From: Nitrospirota bacterium
GTDB taxonomy: Bacteria > Nitrospirota > Nitrospiria > Nitrospirales > Nitrospiraceae
Assembly: GCA_963701855.1 (NCBI GenBank)
Contig: CAVPBK010000006.1
Span: 576,001-640,000 of the forward strand
DNA: 64,000 nucleotides
Direction: 5' to 3'
A program made the position numbers and the translations under genes. The notes under the pieces are model-generated. The model searched no databases and was not told where the DNA came from. It saw only the letters and a list, made by a program, of their open reading frames with translations. Position 1 is the first letter of the stretch; each line of letters begins with the position of its first letter. Of this stretch, positions 1 through 9,655 are shown piece after piece.

Positions 1-961
1 CTCCTCCGCTCGCAAATATCGTGACGCGCGGCATTTCAATGGTCGGCGCCATGAGAACTACCCCCACCCCCAGCAATGCCACCACCCCAAGCTTCATAAA
101 GGTCGAGAGATAGCCCCGTGGCACCAGCAACATCCACCCGGGCAAGACAGACGCAAGAAACCCGTAGCCGGCCAATGCCCAGACCAATGTCGCTCTTTCC
201 AATTCGAACCAGCCAGCAATCGAAGACTGAGCCACTATCCGCCCAAAGATCACAGCCGCAACCAACAACACCACACCAAACAGAGACACTTCCGCCACCT
301 GACCAGGCCGAAACCGTTGAAGATAGAAACCCATAATCAAGCCAATGGGAATCGTCATTGCGATCGTGAATGTGCCCCAGGCATTGCGATAGAGCGCATT
401 CACAACGGCAAACCCCAGCCCGGCCAGTGCCACCACCACAATGAAGAGCACCGCCACCGCCGTCGCCGTGCCGGTGACAAGGCCCAGTTCATCCCGCGCA
501 ATTTCAGGAAGAGAGCGGCCATTCCGCCGCATCGACGCAACCAGGATGATAAAGTCCTGCACCGCCCCCGCCAAGACCGCGCCGATCACCAACCAGAGAA
601 AGCCTGGCAAAAATCCAAACTGCGCCGCCAACACCGGCCCAAGCAGCGGTCCCGCCCCGGCAATCGCCGCAAAGTGATGACCGAAGAGCACATATTTATT
701 GGTGGGATGAAAATTGATTCCGTCATTCAACCGTATCGCCGGCGTCACCCGCTGATCGTTCAGTTCAACGACGCGCCGCGAAATCCAGCGGCCATAGAAC
801 CGAAACGCGAGCACATAAATACAGGCCGCAGCCACGACCAACCAGAGACCATTCACTTTTTCCTGTGGATTGACGAAACCGACCACAAAGGCAAGCGCCA
901 CCGAGCCGAGGATCGCGATCAGGCCCCAAATCAAGACGAGAAAGTGTCTCACGTGCAGCAT
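1..961 (-). CDS. cstA: Carbon starvation protein A (peptide/pyruvate transporter), 5' part; runs off the window start
   Basis: Manual minus-strand translation from ATG 961: MLHVRHFLVLIWG...RLNDGINFHPTNKYVLFGHHFAAIAGAGPLLGPVLAAQFGFLPG, containing the CstA signature. Absent from the ORF track because its stop is outside the window. Confidence 0.92.
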   Translation of the reverse strand, partial: MLHVRHFLVLIWGLIAILGSVALAFVVGFVNPQEKVNGLWLVVAAACIYVLAFRFYGRWISRRVVELNDQRVTPAIRLNDGINFHPTNKYVLFGHHFAAIAGAGPLLGPVLAAQFGFLPGFLWLVIGAVLAGAVQDFIILVASMRRNGRSLPEIARDELGLVTGTATAVAVLFIVVVALAGLGFAVVNALYRNAWGTFTIAMTIPIGLIMGFYLQRFRPGQVAEVSLFGVVLLVAAVIFGRIVAQSSIAGWFELERATLVWALAGYGFLASVLPGWMLLVPRGYLSTFMKLGVVALLGVGVVLMAPTIEMPRVTIFASGG

Positions 962-1007
962 CCTAAACAACCGATATGTTGCTTGCAAATCATCGCCTGC
1001 ACCCTGG

Positions 1008-1049
1008 TTGCTTCCAGGCAGTAATGTGCTTACAATGTAGCCTCATTGT
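1008..1049 (+). promoter_or_regulatory. Sigma70-type promoter and operator of the TA module
   Basis: TTGCTT (1008-1013), 17 bp, TACAAT (1031-1036). Inverted repeat ACAATG-N6-CATTGT (1032-1049) overlaps the -10, as expected for TA autoregulation. Confidence 0.6.
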
Positions 1050-1059
1050 GGAGGGTCAC

Positions 1060-1311
1060 ATGAAAGCGTATATCGTTCGCATTGGCAACTCCAAAGGCAT
1101 CCGCCTACCAAAAATTCTGCTTCAAGAAGCGCAACTTGAAAACGAAGTTGAACTCCAGGCCGAACCGGGCCGGATTCTGATTTCCAGGACGGCGCAGCCT
1201 CGAACCGGCTGGGCGGAAGCGGCCCAACGCATGCGGGCACAGGGAGAAGATCGCCTCCTCGACCCGCCGACAGCAACGCAGTTTGATAAGGAAGACTGGA
1301 AGTGGCGCTAA
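1060..1311 (+). CDS. mazE: AbrB/MazE-family antitoxin
   Basis: MKAYIVRIGNSKGIRLPK AbrB-type motif; GGAGG RBS; overlaps the toxin start. Confidence 0.88.
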   Translation: MKAYIVRIGNSKGIRLPKILLQEAQLENEVELQAEPGRILISRTAQPRTGWAEAAQRMRAQGEDRLLDPPTATQFDKEDWKWR

Positions 1312-1640
1312 CGAACTCGCCACCGACCCGAGGTGACGTCTTTCTGATTGACCTCGATCCCACCCGTGGCAGCGAAATCCGAAAAACAAGACCCTGCCTG
1401 GTCGTCTCTCCGGATGAGTTGAATCAACATCTACGGACAGTGATCGTCGCACCGATGACGACCGGAGGGAAAGCCTATCCCTGGCGTGTTCGATGCCGCT
1501 TTCGCGAGCGGGCTGGCTTCGTGGCCATCGACCAACTCCGCACAGTGGATAGCACGCGACTCGTAAAACGGCTCGGACGTGTATCTCCCGGTACTCTCAC
1601 ATCCGTATTGGCCATCTTGCAGGAAATGTTCACGCCGTAA
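1302..1640 (+). CDS. mazF: PemK/MazF-family endoribonuclease toxin
   Basis: RGDVFLIDLDPTRGSEIRKTRPCLVVS...VIVAPMT...DQLRTVD motifs. Confidence 0.93.
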   Translation: MALTNSPPTRGDVFLIDLDPTRGSEIRKTRPCLVVSPDELNQHLRTVIVAPMTTGGKAYPWRVRCRFRERAGFVAIDQLRTVDSTRLVKRLGRVSPGTLTSVLAILQEMFTP

Positions 1641-1673
1641 CCCCTGCACGCGAATCACTCCCGCACCAACCGG

Positions 1674-1928
1674 TCAATACTCGGCACCATCATTCAACTG
1701 CACCGTCGGCGTCACACGCTGATCGTTCAGCTCCACCACACGCCGAGAAATCCAGCGGCCATAGAATCGAAATGCGAGCACATAAATACAAGCCGCAGCC
1801 ACGACCAGCCCGAGGCGATTCACTTTTTCCTGTGGATTGACGAAACCGACCACAAAGGCGAACGCAACCCAACCCAGAACGGTGAGGAATCCCCAAGGCA
1901 CCAGCTTTAACGCCGAAATGTGCGGCAT
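1674..1928 (-). pseudogene. cstA: Truncated duplicate of the cstA 5' end (84 codons)
   Basis: FVVGFVNPQEKVN...VVAAACIYVLAFRFYGRWISRRVVELNDQRVTP is nearly identical to the N-terminus of the gene at 961; similarity ends after LNDG. Confidence 0.88.
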
Positions 1929-1987
1929 CCTAGCACAAGAGAGCGGAAGAACACCCCTGTCGGTCCGTTGCTCCCGGAGCAGAGAAG

Positions 1988-2110
1988 GGGATGGAGCCTG
2001 ATGATCTTATGTGCTCGCGCAACGCGCGGCCTCCGAAGGCCCTCGTTGGACGCGCACAGTGGAAGATCAATCAGCCCCCATCCCTGAAGAGAGAACGAGC
2101 GAGCTTGGAG
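1988..2110 (-). repeat. Structured hairpin repeat family A
   Basis: Reverse complement of the ACTG(C/T)GCGCGTCCAACGAGGGCC...GGCCGCGCGTTGCGCGAGCAC unit found at about 30.0, 59.0 and 60.9 kb. Confidence 0.85.
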
Positions 2111-3051
2111 GGAACACTGTAAAGCGGTACTTAATCGAATTCGCGCACCGAAATACATTCCTGCTATTCTCTGCGAGAAAGAGAGTGTGGTATTGAGTAG
2201 CAATGCCGAACCCTCCACCGCTTGCAACTTATATCTCCTTCAGAGCGTTCACAGGTGAGTCCTGCACACCTGATGAACTCAAAACATTCCTATCTAAATT
2301 CTTAAGAACTGAGGTTCTGTTCTTATGCGCTCTGTTGAATACAATTCTGGAAACATGGAGTGGCAAGATTCGGCGCGATGTGCATGACGATCTAATAGGC
2401 ATGGCTTTCTTGCCTGACGATGCAAACCGCCTCAAAGCCATAATATCAAAATCAACCGAGCCGGCATTCGTGTTTCACCGCCTGCAGATATTGTTCATCG
2501 CAAAGCAGGCTGTCATGAACTGTCATGACGACGGCAATGTTATTGATCCCTCGAACCATCTGCATTGGGGAGGTCTTGGCTTAGCTTTCTTAATGGCAAA
2601 CGATCTTCTTCATTTCGAATTTAATGACACGGAAAGAACTCTCCCACATTCACTGATAAGGATGGCTCACTCAATCCCAATGATGGAGTCCTCGGGAAAA
2701 ACCTCCTTGAACTACAAAGCGGGAAGGGCTTGGTTGATGCTAAAACAATTTAGCCCTTCTCCCCATAGCAAGGGTTATATCGATGTTGAGGGAGCTTTCA
2801 ACGCCGCAACTGGCCTATCCACTGAGGACTACCTATCACTTTGCGTCGGTATGGTGAGCCATTATCTTTCACTGGACTTCGAGCGCCTCAGGAAGAAAGA
2901 GGACAGCATTATGATAACCAAAGAATGGTTCACAAAAGCTGGGATCCGTCCCGTAACAGTGGATCACTTTTTTGAGGAGGTCTCCGCCTGACCCTCCCCT
3001 GATTTCATAGACACCTCCATAAGTGGGAGAATGATGAAATCGGAGGTCAGC

Positions 3052-3348
3052 ATGCCAAAAATAACGCGACGTCAGTTTACTGACGCATTCAAGTCCGAGG
3101 CAGTCCGGCTCACGCGGGAATCGGGCCGGCCGGTGGCCCAGGTGGCTCGGGAACTTGGGATTTCTGACAATGTGCTGTATCGCTGGAGGAGCGAACAGCA
3201 ACAGGTCGAATCCCAGGGCCGCACGCGCCAGGCGGTGCGGGTCGAGCAGGACGAGCTGACACGGCTCAAACGAGAAAACGAGACGCTGCGGAAGGAACGG
3301 GATTTTTTAAAACGTGCGGCGGCGTTCTTCGCGAGGGAATCCCAATGA
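3052..3348 (+). CDS. IS3 transposase OrfA (HTH)
   Basis: RRQFTDAFKSEAV...VARELGIS..LYRW; GGAGG RBS; TTTTTTAAAA candidate -1 slip site near 3303; ATGA overlap with orfB. Confidence 0.92.
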   Translation: MPKITRRQFTDAFKSEAVRLTRESGRPVAQVARELGISDNVLYRWRSEQQQVESQGRTRQAVRVEQDELTRLKRENETLRKERDFLKRAAAFFARESQ

Positions 3349-4208
3349 GATACCGCGCGATCCAGGAGCATGACCGTCGCTATCCGATCCGGTTGATGTG
3401 CCGCGCCCTCGCTGTATCGGCTGCGGGCTATTACGCGTGGCGCATACGGCCCGAGAGTACCCGTTCGGTGTCCGCCCGGACCGTGCTCTCGGCCATCCGG
3501 GTGATCCATCGAGAGTCCCGCGAGACCTACGGCAGTCCCAGCATCTGGGACGCCTTGATCAAGCAGGGACACCGCATCGGTGAACATCGCGTGGCCCGGT
3601 TGATGCGCCAGGACGGCATCCGTGCCAAGACCGTGAAGAAGTGGCGAGCCACGACGCAGTCCCATCATCGGTTCCCCGTGGCGGCGAACACCCTCAATCG
3701 CCAGTTCACGGTCGAGGCTCCAAATCGGGTATGGGCCGGGGACCTCACCTACGTGTGGACTACCGAGGGCTGGCTCTACCTCGCCGTCATCCTCGACCTC
3801 TACTCGCGCACCGTGATTGGCTGGGCCATGGGCACCAGGCTCATCGGAGATCTGGCCGAACGTGCCCTCATCATGGCGCTGGCGAACCGGATACCCGCGA
3901 CTGGGCTCCTGCACCATTCGGATCGCGGCAGTCAGTACGCCGCCACGAGCTACCAGCGTCTGCTCGGCGAGTATGGCATCATCACCAGCATGAGCCGCAC
4001 CGGCAACTGCTGGGACAACGCCTGTGTCGAGAGCTTCTTCGGGACACTCAAGCGCGAGCTCGTCTACCATCGGCATTACGCAACCCGTGAAGACGCGAAG
4101 CAAGACATCTTCGAGTACATTGAGGTGTTCTATAATCGGAAGCGCCGTCACTCGACCCTTGGCTATGTCTCCCCGGCCGAGTACGAAGCGAGGACGGCTG
4201 TGGCTTAA
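3345..4208 (+). CDS. IS3 transposase OrfB (rve DDE domain)
   Basis: WAGDLTY, HHSDRGSQY and DNACVESFF DDE motifs. Confidence 0.95.
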   Translation: MRYRAIQEHDRRYPIRLMCRALAVSAAGYYAWRIRPESTRSVSARTVLSAIRVIHRESRETYGSPSIWDALIKQGHRIGEHRVARLMRQDGIRAKTVKKWRATTQSHHRFPVAANTLNRQFTVEAPNRVWAGDLTYVWTTEGWLYLAVILDLYSRTVIGWAMGTRLIGDLAERALIMALANRIPATGLLHHSDRGSQYAATSYQRLLGEYGIITSMSRTGNCWDNACVESFFGTLKRELVYHRHYATREDAKQDIFEYIEVFYNRKRRHSTLGYVSPAEYEARTAVA

Positions 4209-5356
4209 CCCGGTGTCCACGGAATCGGGGGAAGGTCAGCCTTCCCCGATACGTTAGCCACTCGCTTCTCATCGAGAGACGGGGGTCCCTCCGACATGAC
4301 TTGGTTTCGCGACAAGCCTGTCTGCAGACTAAGGGAGGATGCAATATTTGCGTTGGACACGAAATGTCTTACGGAAAAACTAGATTCGGGGATTTTCTGG
4401 CGCGTGCACTCTCATTTGAAGAGTGGAAAGGACAAAGACAGCCTTCATAACTACTGGGGAATCGCATTTGAAAACTACCTCAACTGGCTCCTTGGACAGG
4501 CCTGCAGGGATAGCCGAAACAAATTCTATCCATCCCCTCATTACAAAAAGACGGGAGAGGAGGTCTGTGATGCTATCGTTGTTTGTGGCACGTCGGCCGT
4601 GTTTCTTGAATACAAAGGAAGCACATTTACTGCAACTTCAAAATACAAAGGAGATTTAAACGAACTTGCAGCAGAGATTGAAGAGAATTTGATTGGCACA
4701 GAATCGAAGCGGAAAGGTATTAGGCAATTAGCGAATGCCATCCTTGGCGTATTCGACAAGCAAACTCCTACCGTTGTCGCAGATGTTGACCTTTCAAAAG
4801 TCAGTACCATCTATCCCGTGCTCATTACACGGGACGAAATTGGCGGATGTTTTGGCATCTCGCCTTACCTAAACAAGAAAGCAGAAGCCTTCTTTTATCG
4901 GCGAAAGATCAAACCAAAAATTGTCACACCTATCTTTTGCCTTTCAAGCGAAGGGATCGAGACAATTTCAGCATATCTTCAGGATGACACTCTGTCTCAT
5001 CTTCTCCAAGGATGGTACAGGGAAGACCCAGGCCTCCATTGGTCGTTTCCCGCAGTAGAGGATTCTGTCATTGGCTCTCGTGGTTACAAGACGAACTCGG
5101 ATCTCGACACTGCATTTAACCAGGTGTTTGAGAATGCTATACGAGTCTTGTTCCCAAACTCGAAGCCTACCAGCCTCTCTTGAATTATGGAGGATAAAAG
5201 GTGCTGAGAACCATTCTTTTCATACTTGTAATCGCTCACCCCGTTTGATTCCCTTCTCGCTTAATTAAATAGTGGACAGCCAACCATGTAATAGCCGATT
5301 CTAATCGCCGGCGGGATATAAATGACCCTTCTCAGGTCGCTCGCTACTCTCTCCCC

Positions 5357-5455
5357 AGGGGGTGGCCTCCGATTGTCCTCTACTGCGCGCGTCGGACGAG
5401 GCCCTTCCCAGGGCGCGCGTTCCGCGAGCAAAGAGGACATCGGAGGCCGCCCCCT
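5357..5455 (+). repeat. Structured hairpin repeat family A (divergent arms)
   Basis: AGGGGGTGGCCTCCGATTGTCCTCT-ACTGCGCGCGTC...CGCGAGCA-AAGAGGACATCGGAGGCCGCCCCCT. Confidence 0.8.
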
Positions 5456-5516
5456 CTTCCCCCTTCTAATGGGGAATACCTTCCCCTCGTCCCGACTCCG
5501 TTAGACTCTCCCCTCC

Positions 5517-5879
5517 ATGGAACAGACCAGGCCCTACCAACGCAGCCTCTACCGCCTGACAGTCACCTGCCCAGTGATGTACTGTGTGACGTCGACGGTC
5601 GGCGAAGGAACGATTAAAAATCTTTCGGCCGTGGGATGCACGATCGAAACGGGCCAACCCCTGCTGACAGACCAGAACGTCGCATTGCGCCTGATGCTCC
5701 CCGATCATCACGAGTCGCTACCGATCGATGAAGCCTACGTGCGGTGGGTGCATGGTAATCTGGCTGGAATTGAATTTGTCGAAGTAGAACGTACCGCGAA
5801 TCTCCGGCTGCACGGTTTCGTATGGGATGGGATGGTCCAACACTTCCAGTCGATTCAACAGAAGCGCGCAACATCTTAG
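5517..5879 (+). CDS. PilZ domain protein
   Basis: RxxxR (RSLYR) and NxSxxG (NLSAVG) c-di-GMP motifs; VRW and GIEF strands. Confidence 0.85.
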   Translation: MEQTRPYQRSLYRLTVTCPVMYCVTSTVGEGTIKNLSAVGCTIETGQPLLTDQNVALRLMLPDHHESLPIDEAYVRWVHGNLAGIEFVEVERTANLRLHGFVWDGMVQHFQSIQQKRATS

Positions 5880-5944
5880 CGGGCTACGGAAAAACCATTT
5901 TGGCATAACAGCGCTTGAATAGGGGCAAGGGGAGAGCTTCTCCG

Positions 5945-6070
5945 CAGGATGCTCAAAAAGTCCGTCTAGCAAGGCCGCAGCGCGTGAAGGCCCGATGCGT
6001 ACCCTTGCGGTACGTTGAGGGTCAGAACGATGCGAGAACGACTCTGGCGGACCCTTAAGGCATCCAGCTA
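5945..6070. mobile_element. MITE-like repeat family B (CAGGATGCTSAAAAAG ends)
   Basis: Left end CAGGATGCTCAAAAAG, degenerate right end; internal sequence shared with 7223-7405. Confidence 0.7.
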
Positions 6071-6075
6071 GGGAA

Positions 6076-7095
6076 TCAGGAGCCATTTCCTGTATTGTCG
6101 GTCCGGCCTTCCTGAATTGCCGCTGTCCGCCCGCCGTCGAGAGCCAGACAGAGTAAGCCTAGCCCGATCCAGACTAACTCGCGGAACCGCCGGAGCAGCG
6201 CGAAGGTGATGCCTGTGACGTCGGAATAACCAAAGGCGCTCAGCAAGAGCATGTTCCCGCCGTCTTGGGCGCCAAGGCTGCCGGGGATAAAGAAGGTGCC
6301 GCCTTTGATAAAGACAGAGAGCGCGCCGATGGAGATGGCGGAGAGGGCCATAGCAGGGCCACCCAGATAATAGATGATGACATACACTTCCAACGCTTCC
6401 GCCATCCACCCAAGAAAGAACAGCCCGGTGGAGGCATAAAAGGCCGGACGGTTGTCGCGATAGAAGGTTAAGATCGTTCGATCCAATGACCGTAACTTTT
6501 CCTCACGCGCTTCGAGATAGGCAATCTTCAACCCGACCTTCCGCAGAAATCCCAAGAGCCACGTAAAGAGTCCCTGCCGCTGCACGAACACGAATGCTGC
6601 AGTTCCGAAGGCCAGCAACCCCACACTCACAAGTGCCGCGGCCACGATGTGACCGGATGAATTGTTCCCGCCTAACAGCCACACACCCGATGCAATGCCG
6701 AGCAAAATAAAGAGCACCTCGGCAATCGTCATCGTTGTTTTCGCAATAATGACCGAGGCAAGCCCCTCGACCATCGGCACATGGTGTTTCTTGAGGAGAT
6801 AGGCCTTGAGCGGTTCGCCCCCGGCGTAGGCGGTCGGGGTCGTCATGTTCACCACTTCACCAGCAGTCCGAATTGCGAGCACACGCCAGAACGGAATACC
6901 CTTCGCCGACGGCCCCAACGTGACTTTCCACCCGTACGCTTCGACGACATACATGATGAGGGAGGGAATCAGCAGGACAAGGAGCGCGACCGGCCCAAGT
7001 TGCGCCGCTGCATCGTAAATTTGCCCGGGGCCAATATGCCAAACGATAAGAAGGAGGGTGAGGAGACCGACAACGAGTAGGAAAAGTTTTAGCAC
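6076..7095 (-). CDS. Lysylphosphatidylglycerol-synthase-TM / flippase-like membrane protein (UPF0104, HpnL-like)
   Basis: About 8 hydrophobic segments; NMTTPTAYAGGEPLKAYLL and IPGSLGAQDGG motifs. Confidence 0.8.
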   Translation of the reverse strand: MLKLFLLVVGLLTLLLIVWHIGPGQIYDAAAQLGPVALLVLLIPSLIMYVVEAYGWKVTLGPSAKGIPFWRVLAIRTAGEVVNMTTPTAYAGGEPLKAYLLKKHHVPMVEGLASVIIAKTTMTIAEVLFILLGIASGVWLLGGNNSSGHIVAAALVSVGLLAFGTAAFVFVQRQGLFTWLLGFLRKVGLKIAYLEAREEKLRSLDRTILTFYRDNRPAFYASTGLFFLGWMAEALEVYVIIYYLGGPAMALSAISIGALSVFIKGGTFFIPGSLGAQDGGNMLLLSAFGYSDVTGITFALLRRFRELVWIGLGLLCLALDGGRTAAIQEGRTDNTGNGS

Positions 7096-7222
7096 GCTAG
7101 GCTAGAAACCCACGGTGAGAACAAGCAGAGTAGGTTATAGGGGAACGTATCGTTATCTCCACTCCTTCAGCAAGAGAGCGCTTTAATGGCCTACACGTCT
7201 GGGACAAAAGGCGTATACGCTG

Positions 7223-7405
7223 CAGGATGCTCAAAAAAGGCCGTCCAGCAAGGCCGCAGCGAGCGAAGAGGCGAGGAGGTACCAACCACACTTTGTGTGG
7301 CCGTTCGCCCGTAGCATGGGTCTTGGCGAACGGAAAATACCCTCCAGTACTTCCGAGCCTCTGAGCGATGCGAGAACGACGCTGGCGGACTTTTTCAGCA
7401 TCCTG
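7223..7405. mobile_element. MITE-like repeat family B
   Basis: TIRs CAGGATGCTCAAAAAAG...CTTTTTCAGCATCCTG; abuts the TAA stop at 7406. Confidence 0.8.
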
Positions 7406-8833
7406 TTAAGCACGGGTCCTGGCGGACGGTCTGATGACCCAGAGCATCAGGAGCGAGAACACCACAGATCCGGTCGCGGCCAGACCGAGAAACCAATCGA
7501 GCTTGCCGATCACAGCGAACACCAGCACGACGACGGAAAAATCCCGGCTCGCGACGTTCTTAAGCATGAAGTCCGACCAAGCAGCCTGCACCGGTGTCTT
7601 CCATCCATTCGAAGACTTGATCCTTTGCGCACGAGTGACGAGCCAAAATGAGAGCCCATTTCCAAGGACCGCTGCCGCACCCAGAGCAAGAGGAACCCAG
7701 GCATAATCGGTTCCAGCCATACGCAGGTAGGAGCCCGTGGCAATGCCGGCAAAGATCGCCATGTGCACCACGTTGTCCATTGTGATATCGAGCCAGGCCC
7801 CGAACGGCGATTCGGTAAACGTCAGCCTGGCCACTTCCCCGTCACAGCAATCGATGACCGCCGCCAGTTGGAACAACAACGCGGCCATGATGCCCGCGCT
7901 GTAGGTCCCGACGCCAAAACCGGCGGCCGCGGCCAACCCAACCAGGGTCGCCAGGATCGTGATGACATTTGGCGAGAAGCCTGCGGCGAGAAAGATACGC
8001 GTGAACCAGCGGGAGACCTTCCGATTGAAGTACCGGTCGACGAAACCCTCGAACTCGCTTTTGAGGGAATTGAACAGCTTCCTCTCAGCGGCCTTGACAT
8101 CGACAGCATCTCTCACGTCCTGATACCAGTGGGAGCGGTTCGTCTCCGTAGATATCACCCGCACATGCCCGTCCACCGCAGCCCGCTCGAGCCATGGACG
8201 AATCGGCAACGTACCGGTTTCCACATCGACTTGGCCGACAGTGCGCATAAAGCCGGATGGAACTACCACCAGATCTGTCGCTACCAACGCTGCGTCGTCC
8301 TGTTTCGATGTGATCGAGAGGAGTCGTCCTGCCTGCACCTTCATACGCACACTCGACCGTCGTGACTGTCGGTCTCGCTCGCTATCGGCTCGTGCCACGA
8401 CGATCGCCTGGCCCTCTTGCACCTCATGGCGCAGGCTCTCGATCAAGGGGCCAGCAAACACCCCCTGTACGCCGGACAGGAGACAGAAGCCGCGAATTTC
8501 AGAGGCCAGCGCCTCCCATGTGCGTGGATCATCCAACGGAAACTCACGAATCGGCAACCAGCGCACAGGAATTGTCACGCGTGAACCTTTGCTCAACGCC
8601 TGTTTGAGCTGATCTTCCTCTGGCCCGACCAACACCATAAGCTGTCGAATACCGGCGCGCTGCAGTGTCAACACCGTCCGCTGAAACAGGCCTATGCCCA
8701 CCACGCTGGTGAGCGGACCCACCTCCCCGGCGTACAATCCAGCCGGCTCACCGAACAGACTCACTGACGGCAAGAGAATCGCCGTGTTTAATCCCTGGAG
8801 GCCTGTCTGCTTCTGAACTGTGCTCTCGCTCAT
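7406..8833 (-). CDS. CDP-alcohol phosphatidyltransferase with a degenerate N-terminal nucleotidyltransferase-like domain
   Basis: DCCDGEVARLTFTESPFGAWLDITMD matches DG-x2-AR-x8-G-x3-D-x3-D; SPNVIT motif. Confidence 0.88.
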   Translation of the reverse strand: MSESTVQKQTGLQGLNTAILLPSVSLFGEPAGLYAGEVGPLTSVVGIGLFQRTVLTLQRAGIRQLMVLVGPEEDQLKQALSKGSRVTIPVRWLPIREFPLDDPRTWEALASEIRGFCLLSGVQGVFAGPLIESLRHEVQEGQAIVVARADSERDRQSRRSSVRMKVQAGRLLSITSKQDDAALVATDLVVVPSGFMRTVGQVDVETGTLPIRPWLERAAVDGHVRVISTETNRSHWYQDVRDAVDVKAAERKLFNSLKSEFEGFVDRYFNRKVSRWFTRIFLAAGFSPNVITILATLVGLAAAAGFGVGTYSAGIMAALLFQLAAVIDCCDGEVARLTFTESPFGAWLDITMDNVVHMAIFAGIATGSYLRMAGTDYAWVPLALGAAAVLGNGLSFWLVTRAQRIKSSNGWKTPVQAAWSDFMLKNVASRDFSVVVLVFAVIGKLDWFLGLAATGSVVFSLLMLWVIRPSARTRA

Positions 8834-8935
8834 GATCGGACGATCCTTCGTATTCGGGGGAAGGGCTATTCCAAATCACCCCGCCATCCTAACCGCCAGT
8901 ACCCCGTTTACCCCGATACTCCACTATCCCCGCTG

Positions 8936-9655
8936 TTAGAGTTTCGGCAACACATCCCGTTCCGCTTTCGTCACATCTTCCATAAAATCGATTTCGGTCC
9001 AGGGAAGTCCACCGATCTTTTCATGCCCGACTTTGACGTCACGGAAAAATCCCACAAGCGCATCTTCATATTCCATCTGCCAGGCCTCACGATCCACATG
9101 GGTCTTGAGCGACGCAATCACATGCGGCGCATCGGCATGCCGGACCTTGAGGAACCCCACGCCTTCTCCGGCATAATCATAGTGTAACGGCATCGTTTTC
9201 GTCAGTGCAATCACGCGCCCGCCTTCGACCACGACCATGCACTCTTCCCCTGTCTGCTTAACGGTGTCGTCCATGAGCAGCGCGTTCTCATAGGGAGATT
9301 GTACCAAACGGCGCAAGATCTCTTGATGAAAGAGCACGTCTGCATCCATGACGATTGCGTCGTCATCCAATGCCGTGCGCGCGATCCAGAGCGAGGAAAT
9401 GCTGCCGCGATGGAACTGCTCATTCACAAGGAAATTCACGCGCATGCCACAAGAATTCGCTGCCACAGCCGCGCGAATCATCTCCTGCTTGTAGCCCACC
9501 ACCATGTCGGCACAGTGAATACCGACGCTCCGAAGCGACGTGAGGTAGCGATGCAAGAGGGTCTGCCCGCCGATCTCGATCAGGCACTTAGGCCGATGCT
9601 GCGTGACCTGCCACAGGCGCTTCCCGACCCCGGCTGCGAGAATAACGGCTTTCAT
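8936..9655 (-). CDS. LicC/PntC-like phosphocholine/phosphonate cytidylyltransferase
   Basis: MKAVILAAGVGKRL...PKCL, MDADV, WTEIDF; ATGA overlap with the upstream aminotransferase. Confidence 0.85.
   Translation of the reverse strand: MKAVILAAGVGKRLWQVTQHRPKCLIEIGGQTLLHRYLTSLRSVGIHCADMVVGYKQEMIRAAVAANSCGMRVNFLVNEQFHRGSISSLWIARTALDDDAIVMDADVLFHQEILRRLVQSPYENALLMDDTVKQTGEECMVVVEGGRVIALTKTMPLHYDYAGEGVGFLKVRHADAPHVIASLKTHVDREAWQMEYEDALVGFFRDVKVGHEKIGGLPWTEIDFMEDVTKAERDVLPKL

Larger units (their letters stand above)
2989..4238 (+). mobile_element. IS3-family insertion sequence, 1250 bp
   Basis: TG...CA ends; IRL TGACCCTCCCCTGATTTCATAGACACC, IRR (revcomp) TGACCTTCCCCCGATTCCGTGGACACC; 3-bp target duplication GCC at 2986-2988 and 4239-4241; orfA plus orfB. 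Confidence 0.96.
2203..5183 (+). pseudogene. IS3-interrupted gene for a 575-aa protein with a C-terminal PD-(D/E)xK / NERD-like nuclease domain
   Basis: Removing IS 2989-4238 and one GCC joins 2203-2988 in frame with 4242-5183 (EVSA|FPDTLATRFSSRDGGPSDMTWF). Motifs GIAFENY and EEVCDAIVV...FLEYK. More AT-rich than the flanks. Confidence 0.85.

Noticed and set aside
317..1024. 235-aa plus-strand ORF
   Set aside because: Antisense shadow of cstA; Arg/His-rich composition.
3072..4220. 382-aa minus-strand ORF
   Set aside because: Typical antisense ORF of IS3 orfAB.
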